Below are positions 35,948-50,359 of a stretch of 64,000 bases of DNA, piece after piece. How positions within the stretch are numbered: the first letter of the stretch is position 1; each line of letters begins with the position of its first letter. Location: positions 259 to 64,258 of the forward strand of contig JAPKAV010000006.1 of the NCBI GenBank assembly GCA_028825115.1, read 5' to 3'. Made by a program: the position numbers and the translations under genes. The stretch comes from Candidatus Nanopelagicales bacterium. GTDB taxonomy: Bacteria; Actinomycetota; Actinomycetes; S36-B12. The notes beneath the pieces were generated by a model that ran no database searches, was not told the origin of the DNA, and saw only the letters and a program-made list of their open reading frames with translations.

Positions 35948-37728
35948 TAATCGTCACTCCCCCAGTCAGGCGCAAGTGATTGTGCATAAAGGATTTCGTC
36001 GTTTCCGGTACCGGCCGCAACCATGGGCCACACCATTGCATCCCGGTGAACCACGAAGTCAATTACGACTGGGGCATCGTTGATACTTAATGCTTTTTCA
36101 ATCGTCGCGTCGACCGATTCATGGTTCTCACATTGAAGTCCATATGCACCATAGGCTTCGGCCAGCTTCACAAAATCGGGGAATCGGTGCGATTCCAGAT
36201 CCGTATTGGAATAACGCTCATTGTAAAAAAGCGTTTGCCATTGTCGAACCATGCCAAGGCTTGAGTTGTTAATAAGTGCAACCTTGATCGGAATGTCATT
36301 AATAGTGCACGTGGCAAGTTCCTGATTTGTCATTTGGAAGCAACCATCGCCGTCGATCGCCCACACGGTCTTATCAGGGCAGCCCACTTTTGCGCCCATC
36401 GCCGCAGGCACCGAGTAGCCCATGGTTCCGGCCCCACCCGAATTCAACCATGTACCCGGATATTCGTAACCAATAAATTGAGCAGCCCACATTTGGTGCT
36501 GCCCCACGCCCGCTGCATAGATCGATTCAGGGCCGGAAATTATGCCGAGGCGTTGGATTACGTATTGAGGGGAAAGGCTCCCATCGGTGGGCAGGTCGTA
36601 TCCCAATGGGTATGTATCTCGTAACCGATTGAGCTGCAACCACCAACCCGCGTAGTCTCCGATATTTTCCAATTCGATTTCGGCATTGATTGCTGCAACG
36701 AGTTCCGGAATGACTTCAGCCATATCGCCCACAATTGGAATATCAGCTGCGCGGTTCTTGCCAATCTCAGCCGGATCAATGTCCGCATGAATGATCGCTG
36801 CGTTGGGCGCAAAGGAAGAAAGCTTTCCGGTAACTCGGTCATCAAAGCGAGCACCCAAAGTTATGAGCAGGTCAGCTTTTTGCAATGCACCGACCGCCGC
36901 GACCGTTCCGTGCATACCTGGCATGCCCAAATGTTGCGTATGAGAATCTGGGAAAGCCCCTCGAGCCATCAGTGTTGTCACCACAGGAATTCCAGTCAAT
37001 TCCGCCAAGACACGAAGGGAAGCCGAGGCATTAGCCCGAATAACCCCGCCACCGACGTAGAGCACCGGTTGCCGACTGGAAAGAATTAACTTCGCAGCCT
37101 CGCGGATTTGTTTAGAATGTGGTCGGGTGCGAGGGCTGTAGCCGGGAAGGTCAATCGACTCTGGCCAATTAAATGTTGTCTGCGCCTGTAGTGCGTCTTT
37201 AGCTATGTCGACCAGCACTGGACCAGGCCGACCCGTTGATGCCAAATGAAATGCTTCGGCTATCGCCTGAGAGATCTGCGCAGGATCAGTGATCAGAAAA
37301 CTGTGTTTGGTGATCGGCATCGTGATGCCCCGGATATCAGCCTCTTGGAATGCATCAGTGCCGATTGAAGCACTGGGGACCTGGCCAGTGATTGCGACCA
37401 TGGGGACTGAATCCATGAAAGCGTCAGCGATCGGGGTTACTAAGTTGGTTGCGCCTGGACCGCTTGTCGCCATGCAGACCCCCACCCGACCGGTCGCACT
37501 TGCATACCCTTCAGCAGCATGCCCGGCGCCCTGTTCGTGGCGCACCAAAATGTGTCGGACCTTGGTTGAGTCCATCATGGGGTCATAGGCTGGCAGAATC
37601 GCTCCCCCAGGTATCCCGAAGACAACATCGACGCCTGAGGCCTCCAATGAGGCGATTAAACTCTGGGCTCCGGTCATATCTGCCGATTCCGAGCTAATCT
37701 CATGGCTCGCAGATTGCGAAGTGCTCAT
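35947..37728 (-). CDS. ilvB: Acetolactate synthase large subunit
   Basis: [35 protein letters not shown]...NN; ATG 37728 after GAGGAGG. Confidence 0.97.
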
Positions 37729-37759
37729 GATCGCCGCGCCTCCTCTACTTGTTCGGTAA

Positions 37760-37797
37760 TAAAAAACCCCCCCGTCCCCTAAGGGCTGCGGAGGGCT
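37760..37797 (-). terminator. ilvB attenuator terminator
   Basis: CCCTCCGCAGCCCTTAGGGGACGGGGGGG-TTTTTT; upstream GCGCACGG/CCGTGCGC stem overlaps the leader ORF. Confidence 0.85.
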
Positions 37798-37819
37798 GCG
37801 CACGGATTTTGGCTGCTGC

Positions 37820-37861
37820 TTAGCCCGTGCGCCTAACAACTGCAAGTGACCCGTATAACAT
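37820..37861 (-). promoter_or_regulatory. ilvB leader peptide [13 protein letters not shown]
   Basis: ATG TTA TAC GGG TCA CTT GCA GTT GTT AGG CGC ACG GGC TAA; TATGCT-N6-ATG; resembles known actinobacterial ilvB leaders. Confidence 0.8.
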
Positions 37862-37938
37862 GGCAAGAGCATAACGTTTTAGCTCTCCTTTGTCACCTGC
37901 GACGTTCAACGCAGCCGTGCGGGATCATCGGGGCGGGT

Positions 37939-39627
37939 TTAGTCAAGCACCGCCCCGCGTGACGCTGAACCCACCAATTTTGCATATTTGGCCAGTAGTC
38001 CACGCGTATATCTGATGGGTAATGGTGCAAAGGCTGCCCGCCGCCGCTCAAGCTCGGCCGAGTCCACGTGCAGTTCAATGCTCCGAGCAACCAAATCGAT
38101 AGAAATTCGATCCCCCTCTGCCACTAATCCGATCGGTCCACCGTCCGCGGCTTCGGGCGCGACGTGCCCTACGCACAGCCCGGTCGTCCCACCGGAAAAC
38201 CGACCGTCAGTGATCAGGAGTACGTCCTTACCGAGTCCGGCCCCCTTGATCGCACCCGTGATCATGAGCATTTCGCGCATGCCTGGACCTCCCTTGGGTC
38301 CTTCATAGCGAATAACCACTACATCACCGGTATTTATGGTGCCCTCTTCCAAGGCCGCCATCGCTGATTGTTCGCGCTCGAAAACTCGCGCTTTGCCCTC
38401 AAATTTGTCGACAGGCACACCGGCGTTTTTCACTACAGCACCTTCGGGGGCGAGCGAGCCACCCAAGATCGTGATTCCGCCAGTTGAGGCTATTGCATTT
38501 TTAGACGCATGCAAAATTTCTCCATCAGGGTCCGGTGGATTGATGTCACGCAAATTCTCAGCCATTGTTTTCCCCGTAACCGTGAGCGTGTCCCCATGAA
38601 TTAATCCCGCATCAAAGAGTGCGCGCAGGATCACCGGGACGCCGCCCACACGATCGACATCACTCATCACGTACTTGCCAAATGGCTTTACGTCTGCGAG
38701 CAGCGGCACTTTGGAGCCGATTCGGTGAAAATCTTCCAAGTGCAACTCAACTTCAGCCTCGTGAGCGATTGCCAAGAGATGCAGTACCGCATTTGTGGAC
38801 CCACCGAATGCCATCACAACTGCAATGGCATTTTCCAAAGACTGCCGAGTAATGATGTCCCGTGTCGTGATCCCCTGCCGGATCAATTCAACAACAGCTT
38901 CACCAGAACGACGAGCGAATCCGTCACGACGACGATCGACGGCGGGTGGCGCAGCCGAACCTGGCAGTGACATGCCCATGGCCTCGGCAGCACTTGCCAT
39001 CGTGTTAGCCGTAAACATACCGCCACATGCCCCTTCACCCGGGCAAATTGCACGTTCAATTCGATCGACATCTTCACGCGACATAAGTCCACGTGCGCAC
39101 GCACCAACGGCTTCGAATGCATCAATAATGGTGACATCTTTTTCTGTTCCATCGGAAAGTTTCACGTGTCCTGGCAAAATTGATCCGGCGTAAACGAAAA
39201 CCGAAGCCACATCAATCCGGGCAGCCCCCATCAGCATCCCTGGCAACGACTTATCGCATCCGGCAAAAGTAACCATGCCGTCAAGGCGTTCGGCTTGCAT
39301 TACTGCCTCGACCGAATCCGCGATAATCTCTCGACTCGGGAGTGAAAAATGCATGCCCTCGTGACCCATTGAGATGCCGTCTGACACGGAAATCGTGCCG
39401 AATTGCATGGGGAATCCGCCGCCAGCGTGTACACCCTCTTTTGCCGCTAGCGATAAGCGATCCAGAGATAAGTTGCATGGAGTGATCTCATTCCAACTCG
39501 ATGCAATTCCGATCTGCGGTTTAGGGAAGTCTTCATCTGACATGCCAACTGCTCGCAGCATGCCACGGGCTGCAGCACGCTCTAATCCGTCGGTTACTTC
39601 GCCGCTACGGGGCTTCATGTGTGCCAT
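37939..39627 (-). CDS. ilvD: Dihydroxy-acid dehydratase
   Basis: [50 protein letters not shown]. Confidence 0.98.
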   Translation of the reverse strand: MAHMKPRSGEVTDGLERAAARGMLRAVGMSDEDFPKPQIGIASSWNEITPCNLSLDRLSLAAKEGVHAGGGFPMQFGTISVSDGISMGHEGMHFSLPSREIIADSVEAVMQAERLDGMVTFAGCDKSLPGMLMGAARIDVASVFVYAGSILPGHVKLSDGTEKDVTIIDAFEAVGACARGLMSREDVDRIERAICPGEGACGGMFTANTMASAAEAMGMSLPGSAAPPAVDRRRDGFARRSGEAVVELIRQGITTRDIITRQSLENAIAVVMAFGGSTNAVLHLLAIAHEAEVELHLEDFHRIGSKVPLLADVKPFGKYVMSDVDRVGGVPVILRALFDAGLIHGDTLTVTGKTMAENLRDINPPDPDGEILHASKNAIASTGGITILGGSLAPEGAVVKNAGVPVDKFEGKARVFEREQSAMAALEEGTINTGDVVVIRYEGPKGGPGMREMLMITGAIKGAGLGKDVLLITDGRFSGGTTGLCVGHVAPEAADGGPIGLVAEGDRISIDLVARSIELHVDSAELERRRAAFAPLPIRYTRGLLAKYAKLVGSASRGAVLD

Positions 39628-39636
39628 GTGAGGATG

Positions 39637-41136
39637 CTATTCCTTTACTCCAAGTTGCTCCAAAAGCAAGGTGCGAACCTTCGCCGCATCTGCCTGACCT
39701 TTTGTCGATTTCATGACCGCGCCCACTATCGCTCCGGCGGCGGCCACTTTGCCACTTTTAATTTTTTCCGCGATATCGGGGGATTCGCTCAGAGCCTGAT
39801 TTATGGCCTCTACAAGCAAATCGTCATCCTTGACGACAACAAGGCCACGAGAGTCAATGACTTCTGCCACATTGCCTTCCCCGTCAAGCAAGCCCTCGAA
39901 AACCGAGCGCGCCATCTTATCAGTGAGTACACCTTCAAAAATCAAACCTTCGATCTGCGCAATATCGGCAGGAGTAACAGTGAGCTCTTCCAATTCACAA
40001 TCGCGCTCATTGGCGACCCTTGTTAACTCTCCGGTCCACCATTTTCGAGCGGCAGAGGGCTGAACTCCAGCATCAATTGAAGCAATGATCAGCTCGAGAG
40101 CACCCGCGTTGACCAGACTCTGCATGTCAAACTCGCTTATTCCCCAATTATTTTGTAAGCGTGCACGTCTCACCGATGGAATCTCGGGCAAAGTCCCGCG
40201 CAATTTTTCAATCCATGATTCACTCGGTGCCACAGGTACGAGATCCGGCTCCGGAAAATACCGGTAATCCTCGGCTTCTTCCTTTGAGCGCCCTGACGTT
40301 GTGTCTCCTGTCTCCTCATTAAAGTGCCGGGTTTCCAGGATGATCAGTTCACCGAGTCGAAGCTGCTCTGCCTGGCGAACCATCTCAGTGCGAACAGCGC
40401 GTTCCACAGATCGCAACGAGTTGACGTTCTTGGTTTCTGTGCGAGTGCCCCACCCCTCACCTTGCCTGTTTAACGACACGTTGACATCGCACCGAAGGGA
40501 TCCTTCCTCCATGCGGACATCAGATACACCCAGTGCTCGCATCAGATCCCGCAGCTCAGAGACATAGGCCTTGGCAATTTCCGGGGCCAACTCTCCTGTT
40601 CCCAAAATTGGTTTGGTGACAACCTCGATCAAAGGGATACCGGCACGGTTGTAGTCGACGAGGGAATGGGTTGCACCATGAATGCGACCAGCCCCACCGG
40701 CATGTAATAGCTTGCCGGTGTCCTCTTCCATGTGAACGCGCTCGATCTCGACTCGAAATACTTGAGGGCCGTTCTCGGTGGGAACAGTGACATCAAGATA
40801 ACCGTCGCTGCAGAGGGGCTCGTCGTATTGAGAGATTTGGTAGTTTTTTGGCATGTCAGGATAAAAATAGTTCTTTCGCGCGAATCGACACCATTGCGCG
40901 ATCGAGCAATTCAAGGCCAAGCCCATCCGGATCGTTGATTCAACAGCAACCCGGTTAACAACCGGCATGCTGCCCGGCAATCCCAGGCACACCGGGCAAA
41001 CGTGGGTGTTGGGATCACCACCGAATTGCGCTGAACACGAGCAAAACATTTTGGAGTTAGTTCCCAACTCAATATGCGTTTCGAGCCCGATAATTGGCTC
41101 AAATTCGGCGAATACAGCTTGATATTCCGTTGTCAT
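39637..41136 (-). CDS. gatB: Asp/Glu-tRNA amidotransferase subunit B
   Basis: [43 protein letters not shown]; start ATG 41136. Confidence 0.98.
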   Translation of the reverse strand: MTTEYQAVFAEFEPIIGLETHIELGTNSKMFCSCSAQFGGDPNTHVCPVCLGLPGSMPVVNRVAVESTIRMGLALNCSIAQWCRFARKNYFYPDMPKNYQISQYDEPLCSDGYLDVTVPTENGPQVFRVEIERVHMEEDTGKLLHAGGAGRIHGATHSLVDYNRAGIPLIEVVTKPILGTGELAPEIAKAYVSELRDLMRALGVSDVRMEEGSLRCDVNVSLNRQGEGWGTRTETKNVNSLRSVERAVRTEMVRQAEQLRLGELIILETRHFNEETGDTTSGRSKEEAEDYRYFPEPDLVPVAPSESWIEKLRGTLPEIPSVRRARLQNNWGISEFDMQSLVNAGALELIIASIDAGVQPSAARKWWTGELTRVANERDCELEELTVTPADIAQIEGLIFEGVLTDKMARSVFEGLLDGEGNVAEVIDSRGLVVVKDDDLLVEAINQALSESPDIAEKIKSGKVAAAGAIVGAVMKSTKGQADAAKVRTLLLEQLGVKE

Positions 41137-42626
41137 AGTGTCGGAGCCTCCGAGATTAAGAGTCCACCCCAACGATCGGCCAGGGCACTTTCTAGTGCGG
41201 ACCCAACCTGGTACAACAAATGATCCGCCATTGGAGGAGCGATTATCTGCAACCCAACCGGTAACCCATCTTCTGGGGCACGACCAATGGGAAGTGACAT
41301 GGCGCAATTTCCCGCCAGGTTCACCGGGATGGTTGCAATATCGTTGAGATACATGGCAAGTGGGTTATCAAGTTTTTCGCCAATCTTAAAGGCGGTGGTT
41401 GGCGCAGTTGGTGAAACCAAGACGTCAACACGGGAAAATGCATAGGCAAAATCACGCGTGATCAATGTGCGAATCCGTTGCGCTTGCCCGTAATAAGCGT
41501 CGTAGTATCCACTAGACAGAGCGTAAGTTCCTAACATAATACGTCGCTTTACCTCGGCGCCGAAACCTTTTTCGCGGGTTGCGCTCATCACCTCTTCAAC
41601 ACTGCGATCCTTGCCGTCGTCTTCGCGAATACCGAACCGCATACCGTCAAAACGTGCAAGGTTGCTGGAAGCTTCCGAGGGCAGGATCAAGTAGTAGGCC
41701 CCAAGCGCATACTCGAAATGGGGACACGACACTTCAATGACTTCGGCACCCAAATCAGTCAAGATCTCGATCGACTGATTAAAACGCTCAAGCACGCCCG
41801 CTTGGAAACCCTCACCTTTTAATTCCTTAATTACCCCGATTTTCATGCCACGCACATCAGCCTTCAATGCCGCCGCTACGACATCAGGCACCGGCTCATT
41901 AATTGACGTTGAGTCGCGGGGATCATGGCCCCCGATGACGGCATGCAACAAAGCCGTGTCCATCACGTCGCGCGCACATGGGCCTGCCTGATCCAGCGAA
42001 GAAGCCAACGCCACGATTCCGTAACGGGAGACGCCTCCGTAAGTGGGCTTCACCCCCACAGTTCCCGTAAGGGCCGCCGGCTGCCGAATAGAGCCACCGG
42101 TGTCAGTCCCAATCGCCATTGGCGATTCGAAGCTGGCAACCGCCGCGGCGGAGCCCCCTCCAGATCCACCCGGAATTCGCTCAAGATCCCATGGGTTATG
42201 TGTGGGGCCGTAGCCACTGTGTTCTGTCGAAGAGCCCATGGCGAACTCATCCATGTTCGTTTTTCCCAAAGATACAACGCCAGCGGCATTGAGCTTGTCC
42301 ACAATCGTTGCGTTATATGGGGGCCGCCAACCCTCAAGGATGCGCGAGCCACACGTTGTGGGAACACCCTTTGTGGCGAGCAGATCTTTAAAGGCGATTG
42401 GGACACCAGCCAGCGGGGACAACAATTCTCCTTTGGCCAACTGCTGATCAACTTCGCGCGCTCGTGCGATTGATGATTCCGGATCAACGTGGAGAAATGC
42501 GTGAACACGCTCGTCAACCTGAGCAATCCGATCAAAATGCGCCCTAGTCACTTCTTCACTAGACACCTCTCTGCGCGCAATTGCCGAAGCCAATGTTGCC
42601 GCACTTTGACGGGTCAAATCACTCAT
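41133..42626 (-). CDS. gatA: Asp/Glu-tRNA amidotransferase subunit A
   Basis: [39 protein letters not shown]. Confidence 0.98.
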   Translation of the reverse strand: MSDLTRQSAATLASAIARREVSSEEVTRAHFDRIAQVDERVHAFLHVDPESSIARAREVDQQLAKGELLSPLAGVPIAFKDLLATKGVPTTCGSRILEGWRPPYNATIVDKLNAAGVVSLGKTNMDEFAMGSSTEHSGYGPTHNPWDLERIPGGSGGGSAAAVASFESPMAIGTDTGGSIRQPAALTGTVGVKPTYGGVSRYGIVALASSLDQAGPCARDVMDTALLHAVIGGHDPRDSTSINEPVPDVVAAALKADVRGMKIGVIKELKGEGFQAGVLERFNQSIEILTDLGAEVIEVSCPHFEYALGAYYLILPSEASSNLARFDGMRFGIREDDGKDRSVEEVMSATREKGFGAEVKRRIMLGTYALSSGYYDAYYGQAQRIRTLITRDFAYAFSRVDVLVSPTAPTTAFKIGEKLDNPLAMYLNDIATIPVNLAGNCAMSLPIGRAPEDGLPVGLQIIAPPMADHLLYQVGSALESALADRWGGLLISEAPTL

Positions 42627-42928
42627 CCGGGTTCACCCAAAATCCTTGGGACCCTGAAGCGATCATCTTCAAAGGACGGTGCTCCGCTCGCAAAATCATT
42701 AATTTCAAGTCCCCGTACGGCGATATCTTCCCGGTACACATTTTCCATCGGGATTGGGTGAGAAGTGGGTGGAATGTGGTCAGCGGCAACGGCACTAATT
42801 GAGGTGATCGCACCCAAAATTTGCTCAAGTTGCAGTGTGTAATCCGCGACTTCTTCTGGGGAGAGCTCTAACCGCGCCAACTTCCCTAAATGCTTCACTT
42901 GCTCAGAGTCAATTTTACCCGGCGTCAT
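42623..42928 (-). CDS. gatC: Asp/Glu-tRNA amidotransferase subunit C
   Basis: [28 protein letters not shown]. Confidence 0.95.
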   Translation of the reverse strand: MTPGKIDSEQVKHLGKLARLELSPEEVADYTLQLEQILGAITSISAVAADHIPPTSHPIPMENVYREDIAVRGLEINDFASGAPSFEDDRFRVPRILGEPG

Positions 42929-42954
42929 GCCCTGAGTCTATTGGGGCGCTCCAC

Positions 42955-46130
<3,176 letters not shown>

Positions 46131-46132
46131 AA

Positions 46133-47245
46133 TTAAACACCAGTCTTGGAGGCGTGCTGCCCCACCCGGTTTGTGCTGGCAACGGTTGCAGACCCCAAGA
46201 CTTTGGTTCCCACATAAATGACTGCTGCTTGACCCGGGGCCAGCCCACGAATTGGTTCATACAAATCAATCAGAAGTTCACCGTCAACGACACGAGCACT
46301 CGCAGGAACCGGCTCAGCATGTGCGCGAACTTGCGCACTGACTTCAACTGAATCGGCCCCTAGGGGCTCACCAGCCCAAATTGGATTGATGGCGCGAATG
46401 AAGTTGACATCAAGTAATTCTGGCGCACCCACCATGACAGTGCCACTGTCTCGATCAATGTCAACAACGTAGCGCGGGGCACCGTCTTCAGCCGGCACAG
46501 TCAAATTGAGTCCGCGTCGCTGTCCAATAGTCACCGTGAACGTGCCGCTGTGTTGGCCCAACACCTCACCCGTTGTCACATCGGTTATGTCACCAGGCTG
46601 CTCACCCAGCTTGCGCACCAGGTACCCGGCGGTATCACCATCAGGGATAAAGCAAATATCGTGGCTATCTGGTTTTTTCGCCGTGATCAAACCACGTTCG
46701 AGGGCTTCTTCCCTGATCTCAACTTTTGTTTCTCCTCCGAGCGGAAAAAGCGAATGCACAAGTTGCTCCTGCGTCAAGACTCCCAGAACATAAGACTGAT
46801 CTTTGAGCGGATCAACTGCACGGTGCAGCTCGACTCCGCCCGGTCCATGCTCGATCTGGGCGTAGTGCCCGGTCGCCACTGCGTCAAAACCCAAAGCGAG
46901 CGCGCGGTCAAGGACGGCACTGAACTTGATTTTCTCGTTGCAGCGCAGACACGGGTTTGGAGTTCTTCCTTGCTCATATTCAGAGTGAAAGTTATCCATC
47001 ACGCTTTCGGCGAATTCCGTGGAAAAGTCCCAGACATAAAACGCGATTCCAAGTTTGTCTGCAACTCGTCGTGCATCTCGAGCGTCGTCGAGGGTGCAAC
47101 ATCCACGGCCCTTCCCGTTCGAATCCGTTCGAGATAATGCGAGGTGGATTCCCACAACCTCGTGGCCCTGATCAATCATGCGGGCAGTTGCCACGGAGGA
47201 GTCCACTCCGCCGCTCATGGCTGAGATCACGCGAAGCCTACTCAT
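46133..47245 (-). CDS. mnmA: tRNA 2-thiouridylase
   Basis: AMSGGVDSS, TPNPCLRCN, ATGHYA, KDQSY, SHDICF, TIGQRRG, PGQ. Confidence 0.97.
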   Translation of the reverse strand: MSRLRVISAMSGGVDSSVATARMIDQGHEVVGIHLALSRTDSNGKGRGCCTLDDARDARRVADKLGIAFYVWDFSTEFAESVMDNFHSEYEQGRTPNPCLRCNEKIKFSAVLDRALALGFDAVATGHYAQIEHGPGGVELHRAVDPLKDQSYVLGVLTQEQLVHSLFPLGGETKVEIREEALERGLITAKKPDSHDICFIPDGDTAGYLVRKLGEQPGDITDVTTGEVLGQHSGTFTVTIGQRRGLNLTVPAEDGAPRYVVDIDRDSGTVMVGAPELLDVNFIRAINPIWAGEPLGADSVEVSAQVRAHAEPVPASARVVDGELLIDLYEPIRGLAPGQAAVIYVGTKVLGSATVASTNRVGQHASKTGV

Positions 47246-48429
47246 TTGGCCACCGATCCTGCACGCTTCGCACGCTCGACAACACCTGGTAGTGCTTGTG
47301 CCAGGTGATCAATTCCCTCGTTCGAACTATCGCGACCCAGACTAAAGCGAAGCGATGCGCGGGCAGTTTTTTCGTCAACCCCCATTGACAGCAGCACGTG
47401 ACTTGGTTCGGGGATTCCCGCCGTACAAGCAGATCCCGTTGAGCAGTCAATACCAGCCGCATCAAGGAGCATCAGTAATGAATCACCCTCACAGCCCGGA
47501 AAAGAAAAATGAGTATTGTTGGGCAATCTTATTTCTCCGGGCGGCGGCCCGTTAAAGATCGCATCCGGAACCGCACTCGTAATGGTAGACACGAGATATT
47601 TCTGCAATTCGCGCAATCGGGTCGCATGTTCATCTAACCCAGAAGTCGCGCACCGCAACGCCGCAGCAAAGGCGGCGATTGAAGCAGGGTCGAACGTTCC
47701 CGAACGAATTTCTCGCTCCTGTCCGCCGCCATGTTGAACCGGCATGAATTTGACAGTGGGGTCAATGATGAGGGCGCCGATGCCAACCGGTCCCCCAATT
47801 TTATGACTGCTCAGTGTTACCGCGGCGGCATCGAGGTCACGCAGGTCTAGTGGCAATTGACCGAGTGCCTGAACGGCATCGGTATGAAATGGCACATCAA
47901 ATTTCCTACAGATGAGCGCGATCTCATGAACAGGTTGAATTGCACCAATTTCATTATTCGCCCACATGACAGAGACCAACGCAACACCACCAGCTTCTAG
48001 CGCACTTTGAATATCTCCCGGGTCAACCCGGCCCTGTGCGTCTGCGTTAACAAATCTCACATCCGCACCCTCATGTTCACGCAACCACAGCACGGGGTCA
48101 AGCACCGCGTGGTGCTCGATGCCGCTGGTAACGACGGTCAATGACTGCTTTTGCAATTGTAAGCAGCGGGCCCAATACATACCCTTAATAGCGAGGTTGT
48201 CCGACTCGGTGCCACCTCCGGTAAAAATCACAGCGGACGGCCGAACCCCGAGATCCTCAGCAATTGACTCCCGAGAAGACTCCACTACCCGCCGAGCCGC
48301 CCGCCCAGATGTGTGCAGACTTGACGCATTTCCCACCTGATCAGAAACGCCTAGCCAGGCTGCGCGTGCCTGCGGCAACATCGAAGTCGTAGCTGCATGA
48401 TCAAAGTAGATGCGCTGCACAGTCCCCAA
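47242..48429 (-). CDS. iscS: Cysteine desulfurase (IscS/NifS family)
   Basis: YFDHAATT, NNEIG, HTDAVQ, SSHKIGGP, STGSAC. Confidence 0.93.
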   Translation of the reverse strand: MGTVQRIYFDHAATTSMLPQARAAWLGVSDQVGNASSLHTSGRAARRVVESSRESIAEDLGVRPSAVIFTGGGTESDNLAIKGMYWARCLQLQKQSLTVVTSGIEHHAVLDPVLWLREHEGADVRFVNADAQGRVDPGDIQSALEAGGVALVSVMWANNEIGAIQPVHEIALICRKFDVPFHTDAVQALGQLPLDLRDLDAAAVTLSSHKIGGPVGIGALIIDPTVKFMPVQHGGGQEREIRSGTFDPASIAAFAAALRCATSGLDEHATRLRELQKYLVSTITSAVPDAIFNGPPPGEIRLPNNTHFSFPGCEGDSLLMLLDAAGIDCSTGSACTAGIPEPSHVLLSMGVDEKTARASLRFSLGRDSSNEGIDHLAQALPGVVERAKRAGSVAK

Positions 48430-48462
48430 TACTACCTAACGCACCCAGCAGTGCAGTATCGG

Positions 48463-49416
48463 TTATTTGCGTTTAGTGATTTCCTCGGTCAACTGGGGCA
48501 CCACTGTGAAGAGATCCCCCACGACTCCGTAGTCTGCCAGCTCGAAAATTGGAGCCTCGGGATCCTTATTGACCACGATTACCACCTTGGAAGTCTGCAT
48601 GCCCGCTCGATGTTGAATTGCACCCGAAATTCCATTTGCAATGTACAAAGCAGGCGACACCGTTTTGCCCGTCTGGCCTACTTGGAATTGATGTGGGTAC
48701 CAGCCCGCATCCGTTGCCGCGCGCGATGCGCCCACCGCAGCGCTCATACTATCTGCCAACGCTTCAATCACCTCGAATCCTTCCGCTCCGCCGACCCCTC
48801 GGCCGCCGCTGACAACCACATCTGCTTCTGCCAACTCGGGGCGAGCACCTTTTTCGACGACACTTCGGGTCGTGACAGAGACTCGCTTCGCCGAGTCAGA
48901 GATCACCATTGAAATCTTTTCAGTGACCGCGGTAGCCGCAGATTCGCTTGCTGCGATCGAATTTGGCCGAATCGTGATGATCGGTGTTCCATGAGTTACC
49001 TTCGAATGCACAATTGTGCTGCCGCCGAAAACACTTTGGGTTGCTGTAGCGTCCGTCGCGATCTCCACCGCATCTGTGATGATTCCACATCCAGACTTGA
49101 TCGCGGCGCGGGCGGCTATTTCTTTTCCGTCGGCGCTGGATGCCACCAAAACCGCAGCCGGTTGCACGGATGCTATAAGACTTGCCACGATTTCGGCCCC
49201 GGGTGCAACCGGGTGATCGACTACATCTGCGGATTCAGCAAGCAGGATTTTGGTGGCACCAAAACTAGCCAGGGCCGCACTTTCAGTGTCACCAAGCCCT
49301 GGTCCCAGCCACAGCACGACCGGGGACCCAAGTCCGCGAGCCGCAGTAATCAACTCAAAAGTTACTTTCCGAATCTCAGATTCATGGTGCTCAGCCAGTA
49401 CTAATACATCAGCCAT
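48463..49416 (-). CDS. etfA: Electron transfer flavoprotein alpha subunit
   Basis: VVSGGRG, GASRAA, QVGQTGK, GISGAIQH. Confidence 0.97.
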   Translation of the reverse strand: MADVLVLAEHHESEIRKVTFELITAARGLGSPVVLWLGPGLGDTESAALASFGATKILLAESADVVDHPVAPGAEIVASLIASVQPAAVLVASSADGKEIAARAAIKSGCGIITDAVEIATDATATQSVFGGSTIVHSKVTHGTPIITIRPNSIAASESAATAVTEKISMVISDSAKRVSVTTRSVVEKGARPELAEADVVVSGGRGVGGAEGFEVIEALADSMSAAVGASRAATDAGWYPHQFQVGQTGKTVSPALYIANGISGAIQHRAGMQTSKVVIVVNKDPEAPIFELADYGVVGDLFTVVPQLTEEITKRK

Positions 49417-49448
49417 GTCGCTCTCCTTAACAGTCTTAGTTAAATATT

Positions 49449-50228
49449 TTAGATGAATTTGGCAGTAGTCAGGTAGTCGGCGATAGCGGTTCCGCCTGCG
49501 CCATCATCGGTAACAACCACACCAGCCGCTTTTGGTGGCCTGTCTGCAAAGTCAGCCACAACGGACCACGCAGCACCCGCGCCCACGAGTGCGTTTTCTA
49601 GTCCCAGATCGGTCACCGAAAAAATCTCAACCGGTTTTTTCTTGGCCGCCATGATTCCCTTAAAAGAGGGGTAACGCGGTTCATTGATTTTCTCAACTAC
49701 GCTTACCACTGCCGGTAAGGAAGCGGTCAGAGTGTCAAAACCGTAGTCCGTCACGCGCTCTGCGGTCAGCGTTGTTCCAGCTACTTCCATTTTCTGGGCG
49801 AAAGTGACTTGGGCTAAATCTAAACGTTCAGCAACCATCGCTGGGATAACCGACATGCGGGCATCAGTTGACTCTGACCCGAAAAGAATCAAATCGAAGT
49901 CGCGTCCCGTGAGCACTTTCGCTAACACGGCTGAAGTTGCTACTGCATCAGACCCAGCTAGGTTTTCGTCAACAATATGGATTCCCGCGTCCGCACCCAT
50001 GCTGATCGCCTTTCGAAGGGTCTCAGAGGCACGCTCAGGGCCCATGGTCACGATTACGACCTCGCCACCTTGTGCTTCAACAAGTTGCAAGGCCTGCTCA
50101 ACCGCGTACTCATCAAGTTCATTGAGCACGCCGTCGGCGCTCTCACGATCCAAAGTGGACGTATCGACTCTCAGTTTCTTCTCAGCCCACGTATCGGGGA
50201 CCTGTTTAACACAGACAGCGATCTTCAC
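49449..50228 (-). CDS. etfB: Electron transfer flavoprotein beta subunit
   Basis: VCVKQVPD, AISMGAD, NEPRYPS, AKKKP. Confidence 0.97.
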   Translation of the reverse strand: MKIAVCVKQVPDTWAEKKLRVDTSTLDRESADGVLNELDEYAVEQALQLVEAQGGEVVIVTMGPERASETLRKAISMGADAGIHIVDENLAGSDAVATSAVLAKVLTGRDFDLILFGSESTDARMSVIPAMVAERLDLAQVTFAQKMEVAGTTLTAERVTDYGFDTLTASLPAVVSVVEKINEPRYPSFKGIMAAKKKPVEIFSVTDLGLENALVGAGAAWSVVADFADRPPKAAGVVVTDDGAGGTAIADYLTTAKFI

Positions 50229-50290
50229 GGGTGTAACTCCTTTGCCAGAATCTTGCTCACAATAAATTAGGAAATTTTCACTACTCCCCT

Positions 50291-50310
50291 ATATTACCTG
50301 CGAGTAACAT
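50291..50310. promoter_or_regulatory. Palindromic operator candidate upstream of etfBA
   Basis: ATATTAC-CTGCGA-GTAACAT (TTAC-N6-GTAA core; 6 of 7 arm positions match). Confidence 0.5.
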
Positions 50311-50359
50311 TACTGGCCACTTACGCTACCGGAGGCTCATCACACTCTAGAGTCGCCTC

